Notes: a model not told the origin generated them from the sequence alone. Counted from the whole stretch's first letter, positions 37,101 through 51,193 are shown. The stretch is DNA of 61,761 bases, filler included, from Choristocarpus tenellus KU-1152 (GCA_964200185.2; 9 parts of 9 records of this genome joined end to end with filler, not necessarily neighbours in it); one strand, 5' to 3'. A program made the numbers and translations.

Positions 37101-37455
37101 GGTTGGTCCTCTGACAATGCGAGAGTTTGATGTGTGCAATAACTTCTATCTTCTACGCGATTGCTGCCGTCTCCAGCCTGCAGTATGTTTAAGTCACTGG
37201 GTTGGGTGAATCGACAGTCCCACGGAAGCACTGCATTGCCATCAAACTGTCTTCCTCCAACCAGAGAAGTTTGGGTACTGAAGATACCTTTCTCCTCACC
37301 GCATCAGGGCAGTGGAGATCAATCGGCAGCACGTCGTTGGTCTGCACTGATTGGTATGACTCCAAGTCCAGCAGCTCACCCTCTCTGTTTCCCTCTCCCG
37401 TGCCATCTGTAGATATCTCTTCGACGTACCATGTCTGGGTCTTGAAACTCGCCAT
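34106..37455 (-). CDS. Kelch-repeat beta-propeller protein (exons ~37455-37300, 37177-36998, 36885-36787, 36506-36371, 36069-35689, 35278-35170, 34316-34106)
   Basis: Phase-compatible GT-AG exons give kelch repeats: PSPRGGSSWTK|VGSRLVLFGG; PSPRSGHSAVLWGQSLLVYGG; PPRNSHAAIVHKNKMVIIGG; PLPREMHTACL..MMGG; KRCAHSACF..VFGGWDG; PIGRFAHAIC..IYVFGG. The first-exon boundary is uncertain. Confidence 0.88.
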
Positions 37456-40400
37456 CCCCAAAACCTTGTGATATTTAAAATTTGGAAGGGTAGAGGAACC
37501 TCAGACCCTAACCCTATGGCAAACCATCAATATGCCTCCACAACAGTCTACTCCAAACCCTAGAACTGTAGAGTGTGGGAATACCACCAAAGGCGAGGAA
37601 CCATGAGCAAGGCGATTGCGGAGGCTAGTCGACGAATATTTGGCAACTTGCCTTCTGGCACTACTCGCACTGGAAACAAGATTCTCCGGAAACATCTCAT
37701 TGGTGAAAAGATCAAATCGGTGAGACCGTCTCACGCATTGGACACTTGATATCTTGGTACTATCTCGCTTTGTGTTTCTGACCAGTCCTCTTTGATATCC
37801 TCCATGTGCAGTATTACCCGCAGAACAATGCCCCCGACATTCTTAGGATGGCTGAGAAGCAAATACCTGATCTGATTGTTAACGAGGAGAAGGAGTGGAA
37901 GCAGTGGAAGCGAGAAGACATGAAAATCAAGGGTGAGTTTCAAGGTCAAGTGGCAGGAGTCACAAGTCGGTAGGAGGTATCACGAGCATTCTCAATCGCT
38001 CAGTTCCGCAAATGAAATTTTTTGAAGCTCATCCAATGCAACATCTTTGAATGCACTTGCCACGTCTACAGGAAAGGTGCGGACCAAGAAGGGTGAGGGG
38101 AAACGGGCAAGCCAGGCCTGACGCGTGGAATACGACTATGTTGTCGGGTTATACCAATAGGTGCCGTGTTTTCATGTGTTTAAGGGCGAAATTCTGCTCG
38201 GAGTTCATTTTGCTTGGTGTGGAGGCGGGTGTTTACATTGGTAGCATATATTTGAAGCAATGTTCGTCCACTATTATGCAGGTTAGTATTGGGTGATGCT
38301 AGCCACAAAACTGTCCAAGTACTGTATATTCCAGGCAAAAATTTAATCCAATCCGGGTTGGCTTTGTCTGGATGCCCAATTTGGTTCCGTATGTAGTGGT
38401 AGACTAGACGTCAATGTTGTACTCCAAGGATTCTTGCAATGCATTGCTTCATTACAGAATTCTCGTCCCTTTCACATTTACTGTTTCTATTAATTGATAG
38501 ACACAAATTCTTAGTCAAGCACGAGGCCATTTTCACCCTCTCTCCATACTTCCCCTTCCGTCCACACACTGTTGTTACTCTTTTCCACTCTCCCTAGTCT
38601 TCCAGTCCCCCGAAGTAAGATGGCACCAGTGGATGTTCCGTCCTCCAAATACGTGCCCTCTTCCGCTTACTTTCAATATCTTCCATGACTTGAATCACGA
38701 GATATAATACACAGGAAATACATCCCTGGTGTGGGAAAGCCCCACAAGTCTTTGGATTCGGCAATAGTTCACACCAAGTTTTGCCGATCTGACTTGACTT
38801 AGACTTCCAGAAAGGATGCAGTGTTTCTTGGATCTACAATCTGCAAGCTCCACTCCTCATATCCCAAGAGGTTTCGACAAGAGCAACCAACAAACCCTTG
38901 ATCCTGGAACTAGTATTTGATGGTGCAAGGAACCCTTTTGTGTGAATCAACAGAGACCTCTTGTGTGTGATTAGGTCATGCCCCTCATTGTACCCCTTAC
39001 CTCAAAATGGGTCAAGTTTTCACTGATGTGAAGTTTTAGTGGCGGAAAAGAACACAGCAATAGATCCATAACTCAAAAACAGCACAATTTCTTGCTACAC
39101 CTAGCAAGTTAAGATTTGTGCTTGAGATGGTAAGGCCAGAGTTGTCATTTGAGTACTATTCCTGTTGTACTGTATTCAGACACCAGTGCTGACTTTCAAC
39201 TATCACAACCATGTCAATTGTACTGTTAATGCTAAAATACATATATATTGCGGTGGATGGCAGTAAAGTCTTTGAAACACTACTGCAAGCTGTACTGTAT
39301 TGGGAACAGAGCTTTCGAAGGAAGATGGGGCAAACCGCATCTGCTCAACACGCCAGACAAGATGCAGTTCATTGCAGTTCACTCACTTTTGGCAGTGGTT
39401 GAGGATGTAGATGAGGCTACAAGTGAAGAGCTTTTGTTTCTGTGACAAATTTATATACACAATGCTGCTGCACATCTATGACAAAGTAACCCATACTTTC
39501 TGCAGCAGTGGCCATGTGTCCTGCAGAAAGCACAAAAGAGTGCCATACTAAGATGAATATGTAACAGTTATGGTGAGGTTGTCGAACTCTTTCCTCAACA
39601 CTGCCAGTTGAAATGAAAAAAAAAAGGGTTGGATATGGCCAACGGATTTGGCACTGCCACTGTGAGCCTAACTAGAGTGACTACTGAGGTCGCCTGTTAT
39701 TATCTTGCAGGTGAAACAGACAGAAAATGTGTTAGGACCATCCTACATTATTTTGTTAGCTGCCACTCGTGTGTCGATGTGATTTAACACTCTTCAAGTC
39801 AAGGTACTGTAGATTGTGTGGTACGTTTCTTGCAGGAAGGTATAAACTGTAAGTGAACTGTCTACTGCACTACACCTGATAAGAATAATCCAATCTTAAA
39901 TCTTCAAGAACATTGCCATTAATAGCCCAAAAAGAACCACCGGAATAACAATGTATCCCCTCTTGGAATGTTGGCAACGAGCTGTCTGTGAATGCTATGT
40001 TAAACCAGTAGAATGAGTTTAACTTGAAATGATCAGTACAACTTTCCCCTCAATGCTCACAACAGTAAGTAGTTCCCTTTACACTTTACACCTACAAGGG
40101 TGTTGCACAACTATGACTGTATAGGGGTTCAGGCAGAGCTAATGAATTAGCATTTATTGCTTGGAGCTTATTATCATCTCAACCCAAGAAAGTTTCAAGA
40201 GTCCCCGGAAATGTGGTTGTTGCCTAGTTACACATGGGTGACTCTATAACCCACCGAACATTACCTCTTCATGCAACAAGAACAACCTGGAATTTGGAGA
40301 TCCTTTAGCAAGAGCAGTAAAGATGTTCTGGTGGTGAAACTTCACCTCGCTCAAAAAAAAAAAACAGAACTATGCGAAAAATGCTTATTTTCTTTCTTCA

Positions 40401-40832
40401 GGGATGTATGACCTGCGCAAGTGGGAATGTTAGATGCCATATCCCAACACCCGTCTCACAAGAGCAGTCACGGCAGTGAAACATGCCTGAGCCTGATATA
40501 TTGTGCATGTTCTGTAATACAAAGGGCAAGATCCCTACCCACAGCAAAAAAAGTTAAGACATAACACCTTCGAATACTGTACAATGTCCCACGGAGGCAA
40601 TCTACAAAATCGGAGTTGCAAGGAAAAATGTTGTAAATTCAGTCACACACAAAAAGCACAGTAGTTAATCAAGAAAAATGGAACCGGGCATACTGCTTGC
40701 TGTGCCCGTACGTACCATGCAAGTCATGTAGAGGAGTTCACCTGTGGTCCATAACAGTGCAATGCAATCCTTCTTACTGTCATGTGGTACTATACAACTG
40801 AGTCATCAACAGATGGCAAGAGGTCGCAAGCA

Positions 40833-43800
40833 CTAGGATTGACCCTGCCTTCGGTCCTGGTTTGAATTGTAATTGCCACCCCCACCAAACGTCTTTCCCA
40901 ATAAGAACTCCCTGTCAAATTCATTCTCAGCAAACTTTGACCGGTCAACCTGCAATGGGACCAACAACATTGGTGTGAATTTCGGGAGGGGGGAAGGGGG
41001 GGGGGAGGTAAGTATTCTGGGTGGGCCTGTTTGAGCATGAACACACTTCCAAATACTGTAGTATGATGCTATACTAGATGCTATGAGGAGAAGAGCTGCA
41101 CACTTCATATTTTTCAAAGGGAAGTAAAATGGGTCAAAAGAATTATGCACCTCTTGATCTCAACCCTAACCACCACACACACTCTACAAAATCGTTTGCA
41201 GGCCAATCAGGGAAAGTGGTTATGGTTGCCATATCAGGGGGGTAAGGGTTTGCCCCTATCCGGACAGGGGGGATAGGGGTTATTCTATCTACGGGGCCTA
41301 TGGTGTAGTGGGTACAAGGTATTGCCTTTGCCCTATACAGGGGGTTGAATGTAATCTGGTGCTGTGGTGTTGATGGGGTTCAATCTCACAGTGTAGCAAA
41401 ATATGGGGGTAGACAGGACGTCAACCATTTGACTGCAACTTGATGCACTTCCCCACATGGTTCTCCATGACTTGAGTAACCCTAACCAATTTCATGTGCC
41501 TGATTGAAAGCGCTCAGGCTACACATAATTGTTTGAAGTGTTTTGAAGCATGAAGGACATTTGACATCTTGTAGTTCATGCAAAGGTATCTGTCGTGAAA
41601 ATCTGTCCAGTAAACCAAAAGCTTTGAGCGAAAAAAACACTGGGAACAAGATCTAACAGGTAGCAGATACACTCTTGTTAACCTTGGGCTGCTAACGCAA
41701 CCCCCTACAGAGGAGCTTTCACTTCCTTTGTGAACTACGCCTTTAGCACCAATACAACACTCAACTCTCTTAACCCTCTTATGGAAACACACTTCTAGAA
41801 GATCCTTGCGATCACAAGGAAAAAGATGAACCTTGAAGGACTCGGTCCCCACCAATTACAGGTATCAGAAGCAACACTATAGGATCAAACACCACCATCG
41901 AGCACAGAGCTGCAAAAATGAACTTACGTTCAACAAACTGAGCTAAGAGCATAGAGTGAATGTACATCCTGTCCAAGAAAAATCATGAGGTGCATGGGGG
42001 AAAAACATGCACTACCCACCTGACGAGCCTTTTGGATATTATGTGCAGCCACTTCCCGCTGTTTTGCCAGTGCCTTGAGGGCTTCCTCCAGCGCCTCTGC
42101 TCCCCCCACCCCCCACACCTGCCACAGTACCATAGAGCAGATGATTGGTCACTCACAAGATGAAAAGACTTGCACCAATGAAAAACCGTTCCAAAACACT
42201 TTGAGCAGGTTGCAAGGTCATCACACCAGCCAAGTCAATGGGGGGCCAGGGTCAAGGCCATGCTTTACACCACTTCTAGGTCATCTCACAGTTGAACTCC
42301 CCAGATGATCTTTTTTCAAATTGAATTTTTTTTGGTTGGCGCAGTTGCTGTCCCTTCATGTATTATTATGCCTGAAATATTTCCTCTTCTCCATCCGTTG
42401 ATACAGAATGGTAACACTAGTTGCACAGCACAGCTGTTACACCTAGTTGACGTTTTAGTTACCTGCAACCAGAAAAAACAATTGGTACGCAGACCTTGCA
42501 TAGAGCTCAAGTAGGTAGGGTGTAGCATGAATAAAAACAAACAAAACCCTCACTTGCCTCAAGTGAGTCTACCTCAAAGCGGCGAGAGGACTCTGGACAA
42601 AGTTCTCCACTCTCAAAGGTCAGGCATGCACTGCGACCAACACAGGACCCATCCAGGGCCTCAGGAAGGAAGAACCGGAAATTGTCCAATGTTCCCCCCA
42701 TGCCCAGCCCGTGTGGGAGGCTAAACCCCTTCAAATTGAGATACTGGAAGTTTCCATTGCTTACCATAGTAGGATGATATCAGGGTTTGAAGGTGGGCAG
42801 GCAAGAGCACAAGAGTGGATGAGGTGGTTGAGCGAGGGGTGAGGGAGAGTCGATATGGCTGCAGATGCTGTGACTAACAAAACAATCAGTTCTAAGCAGG
42901 GATGGGGTGGTGGCAGTGGTGGATACAATGTACATAGCATGGTCTTGGTCACATTGCATCTCACAAGACATTAATAAAGACTGCAAAAAATGATGTCATA
43001 CATACCCATTGCGTGATGCTTACACCAAAATGCCCATCACCAGCATGTGGGAATAATAAATAATAGATAATAAATAATAAATAATAAATCCTGCTGCAGC
43101 GAGAAGACCAAAGTGGACAGTATCATACCTCACACAGCCTGGCAATGCCATCCCCGAACGTCAACACAACCTTTGTGAAATCCCTTTGTACCTGCTGACC
43201 TTGGAGTGTAGAACTGAGAAATCTGGTGCTAGCCTAAGGAGAAAGTTGTCTTGATCACCATAGAAGGAGTTGCTCTCTTTCCAAGGCGAACCGGCACATC
43301 CTCCCCAAACCGCACCCGAACCCTTTTCTCTCACCAGAATTACAGTTGGACCTCCAAAGCCAATGATCTTGTAGCACACCCTGTTGTGTTGCACAGCAAT
43401 AGCACAGTGCAGCAGGAGACAAAGAGCAATTAATCTTATGCCGGCTTCAGGTTACTGTCAGGAGTAGGGAGGGAGGTAGGTAGTGGAAAAATCAGCCTCT
43501 ATGCCAATGGAATGGTCTGAGTACCATCAGACAGAGCCATTTAATATGAAATGCACTCACTCTTTACATTCCCTACCCTCTGAGCTTTGCTACTATCATT
43601 CCTGCTACTATTAAGAGATGTCTGTATCAGTGACTTGCTCACAAACCAAAGCGGGACGTCACTTGCATGTGGTATGGACACATTAATTTGGCACATCTGT
43701 TTGACATGAAACTTGCTCCTGTGTGCAAGGGCGAGCATGCGAGGAACAAAAGACCAAGGGATTTCCACACAGCATGAAAACAAAGCTCGGTGGGGACACT

Positions 43801-46301
43801 GCAGCACTCTTGCCTGTTGAAGGACAGTCCATCTTCTTCGTTGGTATAGAGGCGTAGCCATGGCCCCTGCAGCTTCTTGTGGGACAGGGCCAGTCCAAAT
43901 AGCTCTGCTTCTAGCTCTTCCAGCAGAACCGATGGCTGCTGTGGTCGAGGTGGGTCAAAAACTGCCAGCGTGCTGGGGATACTGCTGGCAAGGGGGAAAC
44001 GCCCTCCACCTGACAAGGACAAAAGCACACGCGAAGGGCACACACTGGGTCTGTATGCTATATCTGTACGCAGGAAAGTACTCTTTAGCTTTGCAGTATT
44101 GCGACAGGACTTAGGAACTTGATTGTCCTACATCAATACGTGACTCAAAAGTACTATTTATTCAATCGCATCAAACTTCCAAAACAGGTATCCATGTATA
44201 GAAGCTCTGCAGGGCAGTATGCCATGTGGCAACAGGACAGTATCAGGTACACAACAACATTCCAGCACAACCTGATAACTCCTTGACACCGCAAAAAAAC
44301 GCATGAAGACTTGCAGCAACCTACCGTACCTGCATCAATGTGTAACAGGAGCTAAGCTCCACGTAAGAGGAGACCTAGCAGCCTTGAGCAAAAAACAAAA
44401 AACCGTAAGGTCATGAGTGATCACTTGTTACTTTGAGTACCAGTAACTCTGAAGGCCTTGACATTACGACCATCCTAAACCATGCAAACTATCGTATGAT
44501 ATCAATGTCTATAGCCATCATTCTAACTGTTTTGAAGAATAAACCACTCAACCCTCAGCCATGTTCAATCTGAACCAATGACATTTAAAACAGGAAAACT
44601 GAACAGCTACGTGCAGTGCACCACCAGATAACAACACGTGCTTCCTTCAAATGTTTCCGCTCTCAATAGTAAAGCCGCCCCTGCCCCCCAATACCCCCTT
44701 TCCCTTCTTTGACCTTTAACAACATCTCATTGCATCTGTCCCTCCTCTTCTGATTTAGTTCGACCCATCCTCACCATACCTACCAGATCATACCTTGTGC
44801 ACTTTCACTTGTGTTGTCCTCACTATCGCCATAGTGAAAGCACCTTGTGTGCATGAAGGTTGTTAAACACGTGTGCAGAAGGGGGGCGCATTCAGAAACC
44901 CACAGTTTAAGGCCCGCAAAATCAACCCCATGTTCAGTCTCTGAGTTGTCAGACCCCACTGCACCCGGACCGGTCCCTGCTTTGGGCCATGGACCATTTC
45001 TCGACCCTGCCTGGGACCGGGATACGCTTGAAGCAAGCCGTTTCACATCGAAAGGGCGCGATGCTGGAGAACGCTCTATACCCCAGGCTGTTTGGGACAT
45101 CGCATGTGAGATCTCAAACAGATGAGCAACCTGCTATCGCCAATGAGGTCGAATGAAGGCCGGGGTATATTGGTGCAGAGGTTGAGGCGAAACAATGGAT
45201 AATGTAAAAAAAATGCAATTGAGGATACTCGTAGGTTTCTTGCTGGTTTACACAAAAGGTTGTTTCTGCTTTCAATGCAAAATAACGGTCACATAACCTG
45301 TTAGAAAGAACGACACAACACACTAGGTTCTGATTGGCAAAGAGGACAACATTGACATCTACTATGTTGGGTGGGTAGCACCAGCGATCTTTAACTTCCA
45401 TAAAAGACCTGCAGTCCTATGGGCAGAAACCGAGGACCATCCCACTGAAATGTGCCTTCTAACACTGTTTCTCGTCACACATCATACCATCACCCATGTC
45501 CATTCTACCTGGGGCATTCCGAGCACGCCGGCGCAGCTCTCATCGCACACGTCGAAAAGCAAACGCAAAGCAGATGCTCGACCTTTTCGACAAGCCATCC
45601 CAACTGAGACGAGGTGTGGGTGTATTGGACATTTGACAGGAGGAGTGAAAAGGACGGTAGAGAGTGAGGTGAAGAGTGAGTCAAAGTAGGAGAGTAGTCG
45701 CTAACCATATCATTGCAACAGACCAGCAAAAAAGTGCAAGAAAATTTATCAATACGAACCAAATCCCCAAGCCCATGAGCATAGTGGGTGGTGACGTCAA
45801 GGGTGAAGGCGGTCAAGGGTATAGAAGGCATGACAGAATCTAGTTAACGCTCACCTCCTTCAACAAACTCTTCAAATTTTAGACCACCCAATAGCTTGTT
45901 GTTGTTATCATTGGTCTCTTGAGATGATGCAGCAATCTGAAGGAAGGTTGCCCCTAGCCTCTTAGCGAACCATGGACATTCATCCAGCTTGAAGTGGTCC
46001 TGGAAACGTTCAAGGTCCAGCACTTTACGCTCACCGGTACATAATGAGCTGTTGCAGTGGTGCAGTAACGGAAGCAGGTCAGCTATTGTTCTATACTCGA
46101 ATTTATTGGTTCGCCACTGGCATATCTCTCCTGACGCTTTCACCAGCCCGAAGCTGTTGTATCGCTCACTTCTTACGTGAAAAGTTGTTCCAGTTGTTGG
46201 AACTCTTCCTCTGCGAAAGGTCCTCGCATAGAAGAACGTCTCCGAGCCAGACCAGGTACAGGGGGCTTATTCCAGCTCCCTTTTGTCGTAGAGTTTCCCA
46301 T
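40833..46301 (-). CDS. TLDc-domain protein with N-myristoylation-type start and EF-hand-like segment (MEAK7/TLDC1-like), ~517 aa, 9 exons
   Basis: Exons 46301-46177, 46048-45855, 45603-45509, 45130-44794, 44009-43814, 43380-43192, 42759-42558, 42118-42020 and 40949-40833 join in frame (1554 nt). Start MGNSTT; LFDVCDESCAGVL; TLDc motifs WLRLY...DGLSFNR, GPTVILV, VWGG..W..FYGD..FL, HGLGMGG, FEVDSLEVWGVG. Confidence 0.9.
41294..41390 (+). pseudogene. Degenerate tRNA-like sequence (tRNA pseudogene or SINE head) inside a TLDc intron
   Basis: GGGCCTA-TGGTGTAGTGG (A box)...GGTTCAATCTC (B box). The acceptor stem does not close. Confidence 0.35.
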
Positions 46302-46766
46302 GGGACTTACCTTCCCTCTTACCCTTGTTTCCACACAATAGTCGTGGTAGTTTCTTTCCGTCATCATTCATGCATTCATTGATAGAATGAATTGTCATAA
46401 CAAGACTTTTGCAAAAGGACCGACAGTACGAGGCGGGACTGCGACTTAGACCAGCATTGACAAAATATACTTCAATTTTATTGGGACCAGTCAGGGACCA
46501 TCAGAAGACATGTCCGTACCAGACAACGAACCAGTATTACCAATGATGTGTTCACGGCAACGGACTGAAACCATCAAGATTCTAAACTGGACCAGGATCA
46601 CGGAAGAACATAACCGGACCAGGCTGTGCCCTAACCCCCTTTTACCCATATTACAACCAGGATGCTCTGTGGGTATGACAAAAGTTTTTGCCCCATGCTC
46701 TCGTATCAGTAGTGGGAAATGTCAAAGAGTGAAATAGATAGTAATATTCAAAAATACGTCGTAGTT

Positions 46767-47200
46767 TGTGAATCGTGTGATTCCGTGGCGGCGTGGTTCA
46801 TTCAGGCAAGGGTGGTGAAGAGAATCACCAGGCAAGACGGACCAGGCGAACAAGGACGAACCGTAACCGAGGGTACGAGGTTAAGGTTGGACAAGTGCAA
46901 ATTGACAAGTGAAGAGCACCATCAAAGATGGGACTTCATCACCACCAGTCAAGACATGAGAACAAAGTGGATCTTCCATGTGTGACAACCCTGAATGACG
47001 AGCTGTCCCATGTCAGTAGGATTCGTCCCGTGAAGAGATTCCATGGTTTCATTCTGACGGAAGGTCTGCCAGTGAATCATGGACGCTTGACTGGGAACCT
47101 CAATCGGTATAACGGTATATTGCATAGGAAATAGCGGTATAACAACAGACAAACATGCTTTCCACATCACCCCCCCTTCTGATTGGCCTTGAAGCCATGT
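46767..47200 (-). repeat. Inverted 3' half of the Gypsy LTR
   Basis: The reverse complement aligns with ~11915-12359 and stops exactly at the LTR terminus TCACA. Confidence 0.82.
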
Positions 47201-48564
47201 AAACATGATTCAAGGTCAACCAAAAAGTGGGCTCTGGGAGCGAAATGGGAAACATGTGTGACTGTTAGTATACTATTGCACCATTGTATAACACGACTTC
47301 ATTAATACAAAATGAAGTGTAAAATATAAACGAGGCACACAATGAATATCTGATCAGGATAACATTGGCCTAAGGTTGATGGTGTGTGGTTAGCACACCA
47401 ATCAAGCTTACAAAGTCTGAGAGTATGGGATCAGCATATCAATCAGCCTAAAGACAAGGCGAGACGTATATGTGGCCAGCATATAGGGTCTCTAGTATCT
47501 TGTATAAAACAGAGGATACACTCAGAATGAGGGTACGAGGGAGGAGCAAACACTATGCACGATGTCAACAAAACGATTTGACTAGTGTTTGTGATTCGAC
47601 GTTGCTATACGGGTGTTTATACGATGATTTGATCACCACTCCGATGCGTGAAAACAACATCGTGTGTTATATGATCAAATCAACACAGCAAACGACAAGA
47701 TCAAATGTGTGCACCCATTCTCCGTCCTCAATTCCGACTTCAATTGGAATATTGTTCACGGCAACAATATTCCAAGTGGACAACTCGGACGTACGATGTT
47801 GGTGGCTCAACTCTTCTAAAACGATAAGAGGTGACTGTACGGTCATTACATCATGTCAGGGGAATCATGCCGCACGAAAAAAAGAAATGAGTAACATGTA
47901 TGGCTCACCTGAAGTCTCCCCCTCTTACCTAGTGGTAGACTTTAATTTTCATTTTTTTTCTGTTTTAGGATGGGATTAGTCTTTTCATGACGATCAATAA
48001 ATCCATTTCATGAAAGCGTGACATGATGTAATGAACAGCCACCTTTAGCATACACGTGCTAATATATAATGTGCCTGGTGATAACACGGTCTCTTCACCA
48101 AGGCATGTGTCCACTCATGCAAACGAGGAGAGTTGAGAGATAAAATTAATTGTATATTAAGTTATCTAAATCCACCAACATTTATGTACAAGTCTGTAAG
48201 GATTGATGAACCTGGTAAACACGAGATGCCAAGTCAGAGCTGGTCGTGAACAGGTTAACTGACATCAAGTACCAGTTATCTCTTCACAAAACGATAGACT
48301 ATACCCATCTATGACAAAATAACACACAAACGATTTGTCTAAACTGGATGGACAACCTATGTAAAGGATAATAGCATATGGGTACCACGAGATCTGGCCA
48401 AGGGACACTGGTCTTAAAAATAAATACATAAACACGCAATTAAACAAACAAAAAATAGCAATGATCTGTACCACACACGATAATCTCTTTACTGAAACGA
48501 TAGGTTACAACACGACGGCAATGCATGATATACAGACTATGCAAAGGAGTATGATAACAGTAAA

Positions 48565-48900
48565 GACCCAAAGTATCTGGGAGGGGGGGGGGTCTACACC
48601 AGGGTGTCCATTTNNNNNNNNNNNNNNNNNNNNNNNNNNNNNNNNNNNNNNNNNNNNTTAATTAATTAANNNNNNNNNNNNNNNNNNNNNNNNNNNNNNN
48701 NNNNNNNNNNNNNACCACGGCAGGGAGGTGGGGGGGGGTGTGAGGGTCGTGTCTACACCAGGGTGTCCATCTGGGTCAAAACCAGGAAAAGTACACTTTC
48801 ATTATCCATCCGACACATGCAACCAAATCACCCAAAAATCGCGACATGAAAAAATTGCCCCCAAATGGACAGCCGCCACCCCCCCCAGATACTTTGGCTC
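48565..48900. mobile_element. G-rich MITE family B ends flanking a contig linker
   Basis: GACCCAAAGTATCTGGG... on the left and ...CCCAGATACTTTGGCTC on the right. The same termini occur at 51709, 51901, 55078 and 61717. Confidence 0.65.
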
Positions 48901-49398
48901 AACCTGATCTCTGGCTTACATCACTCCTGATGCTAAATCCATCCGGACTGTCACCATCAGTGAAACCATCACCCACACAACAGGTTCTACAGATCCGACT
49001 TCGGCTGGTACATAGCCATTCGATCTCATTGTACACGGGGATGACAGAGGACTCCGTCTTCTCCTTCTCCCCAAACCTGTTAAAAGCAATATCTGAATTA
49101 CCCTATGTGTTGACTGATCGTGACTGTGAAGGAACTGATGAAGGATGGATTTCAGCCAACAAACAATTTGCTCTCTATGAAAATCAAGAGAAGACAATAA
49201 TAAGGTCGTTCAAACAAGAATTGAGGAGAAAAAAAATGCAGCATGTTTTTAATCAAGATTTTCACGTTGGTTTGGCACAAATTTTGAATTAATAAATTAG
49301 CCTTGTCTTAGCATTCCATCCGCTCTCCTCCTCCTCAACCGCCATAACACCACTTCTTCCTTCCCTCCCCATAGTATCATTGTTACCCCACAGACTAT

Positions 49399-50090
49399 GC
49401 AACCAATTCCGCATATCCAGGTCAACCAATGCGCCCAACTTCGCATATCCAGTGACCAACCAGTCTGACCATTCTTCGACAATGATTTCCTGTCACCAAC
49501 CAATGTAGCCGATCCCGCATATCCAGTGACCAACCATTCATTGCGACCAATCCTCGAAAATGATTTCAATCACCAACCAATGCGGCCGATCCCGCATATC
49601 CAGTGAATATAGTGCGACCAATCTTTATAACTGATTTCCAGTCACCATCAATGCGACCAATTTCATGTATCCAGTGACCAACAAGTGCTACCGATCTTCG
49701 CAAATGATTTCCAGTCACCATCAATGCGGCCAATCACAAGTATCCAGTGACCAACCAGTGGGACCAATGGTGGGCACTGATTCCCAGTCACCAACCAAAG
49801 CGGTCAATTCTGCGAATCCATTCCACCTTCCTCCACAGCACTTTCCACCACTCTCCACCACTCTCCACTTCACCACACTACTCTCAACAACACTCCACAT
49901 ATATCCAAGAACACCCCTCCATCATCAACTTTAATATCGTGCCTTTGGACTAAAAGACATCTACCTCGCCTGACCTTAACCTCCCCCCTCTCCCCCCAAC
50001 ATCCCACTCGATCGTGAGCAACCAACAGGGTGGGTGGGCGGGTGGGAAAGGTTGCTCGGAGGTTGCCGTGGCCTTGCCCCTCCTTGCCCT
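49399..50090. repeat. Dispersed repeat containing an imperfect ~73-77 bp tandem array followed by CCACT-rich sequence
   Basis: Recurring ATGCGACCAAT..CGCATATCCAGTGACCAACC and AATGATTTCCAGTCACCA units. The right part matches the reverse complement of 58464-58845. Confidence 0.8.
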
Positions 50091-50295
50091 GCTCCTCCAC
50101 CCTTAACTTCTAGGATACTTCTTCCACCTCCCAGTCATCCAGTCTTTAACTTTTCGTCTACCCTCCAATTCTTTTCTATCCTTGCCAACACTCAGGTCAC
50201 TGTACATAGTCCCCTTTAAAAATGATCTTTTCGATTGAACTTAGATTACTTCATAAACTTCCACTTTTCCTCGGCCACTTTTCTCTATTTTTAAA

Positions 50296-50720
50296 GTTGG
50301 CGTTAGTATTGTTGGATCACATTATGTATGAGACGCTCGCATCCCTTCTTGATTAAGGGTGTGGCGATCTACATTATTTTACAGGGTTCCAGTCCCTTTG
50401 ACGGCACAATTATTTTCTCGAAAATATGCTTTTTCGAAGATCCTATTCTGCATGGTCAACTCAACCGACTGGTCACTTGTAGTTTCTTATTTATTATGTA
50501 TGAGTGGAAATATCACGAAAACGCTGGACCAAGATAAAAAAATGGGGAAAAAATTCGGGGCCAGTCCAGGAGAAGATTCGAGGGAGGACACGGAGTAACA
50601 AGGGGTGGAAGTACTGAACCAAGCCCACGAGAAGCAAGGCAGCAATAGAACCGTACTATTAGTCGGTGCATGTAGTGGAACAGGTAGTAGGTATGCAGTG
50701 CCTCTGCCCACGTGTAGGGG
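50296..50720 (+). mobile_element. SINE-like copy (degenerate tRNA-like head plus shared body)
   Basis: B-box-like GGTTCCAGTCCC at ~50385. The body CACGAAAACGCTGGACCAAGAT...CCCACGAGAAGCAAGG is homologous to 32998-33125 (reverse complement). Confidence 0.5.
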
Positions 50721-50934
50721 TCAATCCTCACAATTAATAATTGTCCGACAAATGAATATATTAACAATAAAAAGTGTGGTCAGTGACAAACCCGACCCTT
50801 GATCAGAGGCACTTCATAATGGACTTGATCTTGTTCTACTTAATATTAACATTAAAGAAGGAATTAATTGGAAGGTTTATGCTCTTTTATGATAAAATGG
50901 TAAATGCGAGGTGAAAGCTGAGGGGAAGGGGCAT

Positions 50935-51193
50935 GAGTTGAAGTATCTTAGGGGGTACGAATTTTGCCATGTTTGTCCATTTAGGACTTGGCTTCCCATG
51001 GGTTTCTTAATGACATTTTTCCATTCCAAAATGTTTCGGAGTAGGTCAAAAATATACGTTATGAAAAGGTATGTCTGGAACGAGGATACTGACACTTCCT
51101 AACAAGCACAATAGTCAAAATTAAATCAAAATCGCAACATTGGATTTTTGCCCCCAAATGGACGCGGCCCTACCTTCTAAGATACTTTGACTC
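50935..51193 (+). mobile_element. MITE family A copy
   Basis: GAGTTGAAGTATCTTAG...CTAAGATACTTTGACTC and TSD CAT/CAT. Confidence 0.9.

Noticed and set aside
41294-41390. Functional tRNA gene
   Set aside because: A and B boxes are present but the acceptor and anticodon stems cannot be paired. Kept only as a low-confidence pseudogene.
49399-49830. CRISPR-like array
   Set aside because: The intervening segments are themselves repeats, the units are degenerate, there are no cas genes, and the context is eukaryotic.
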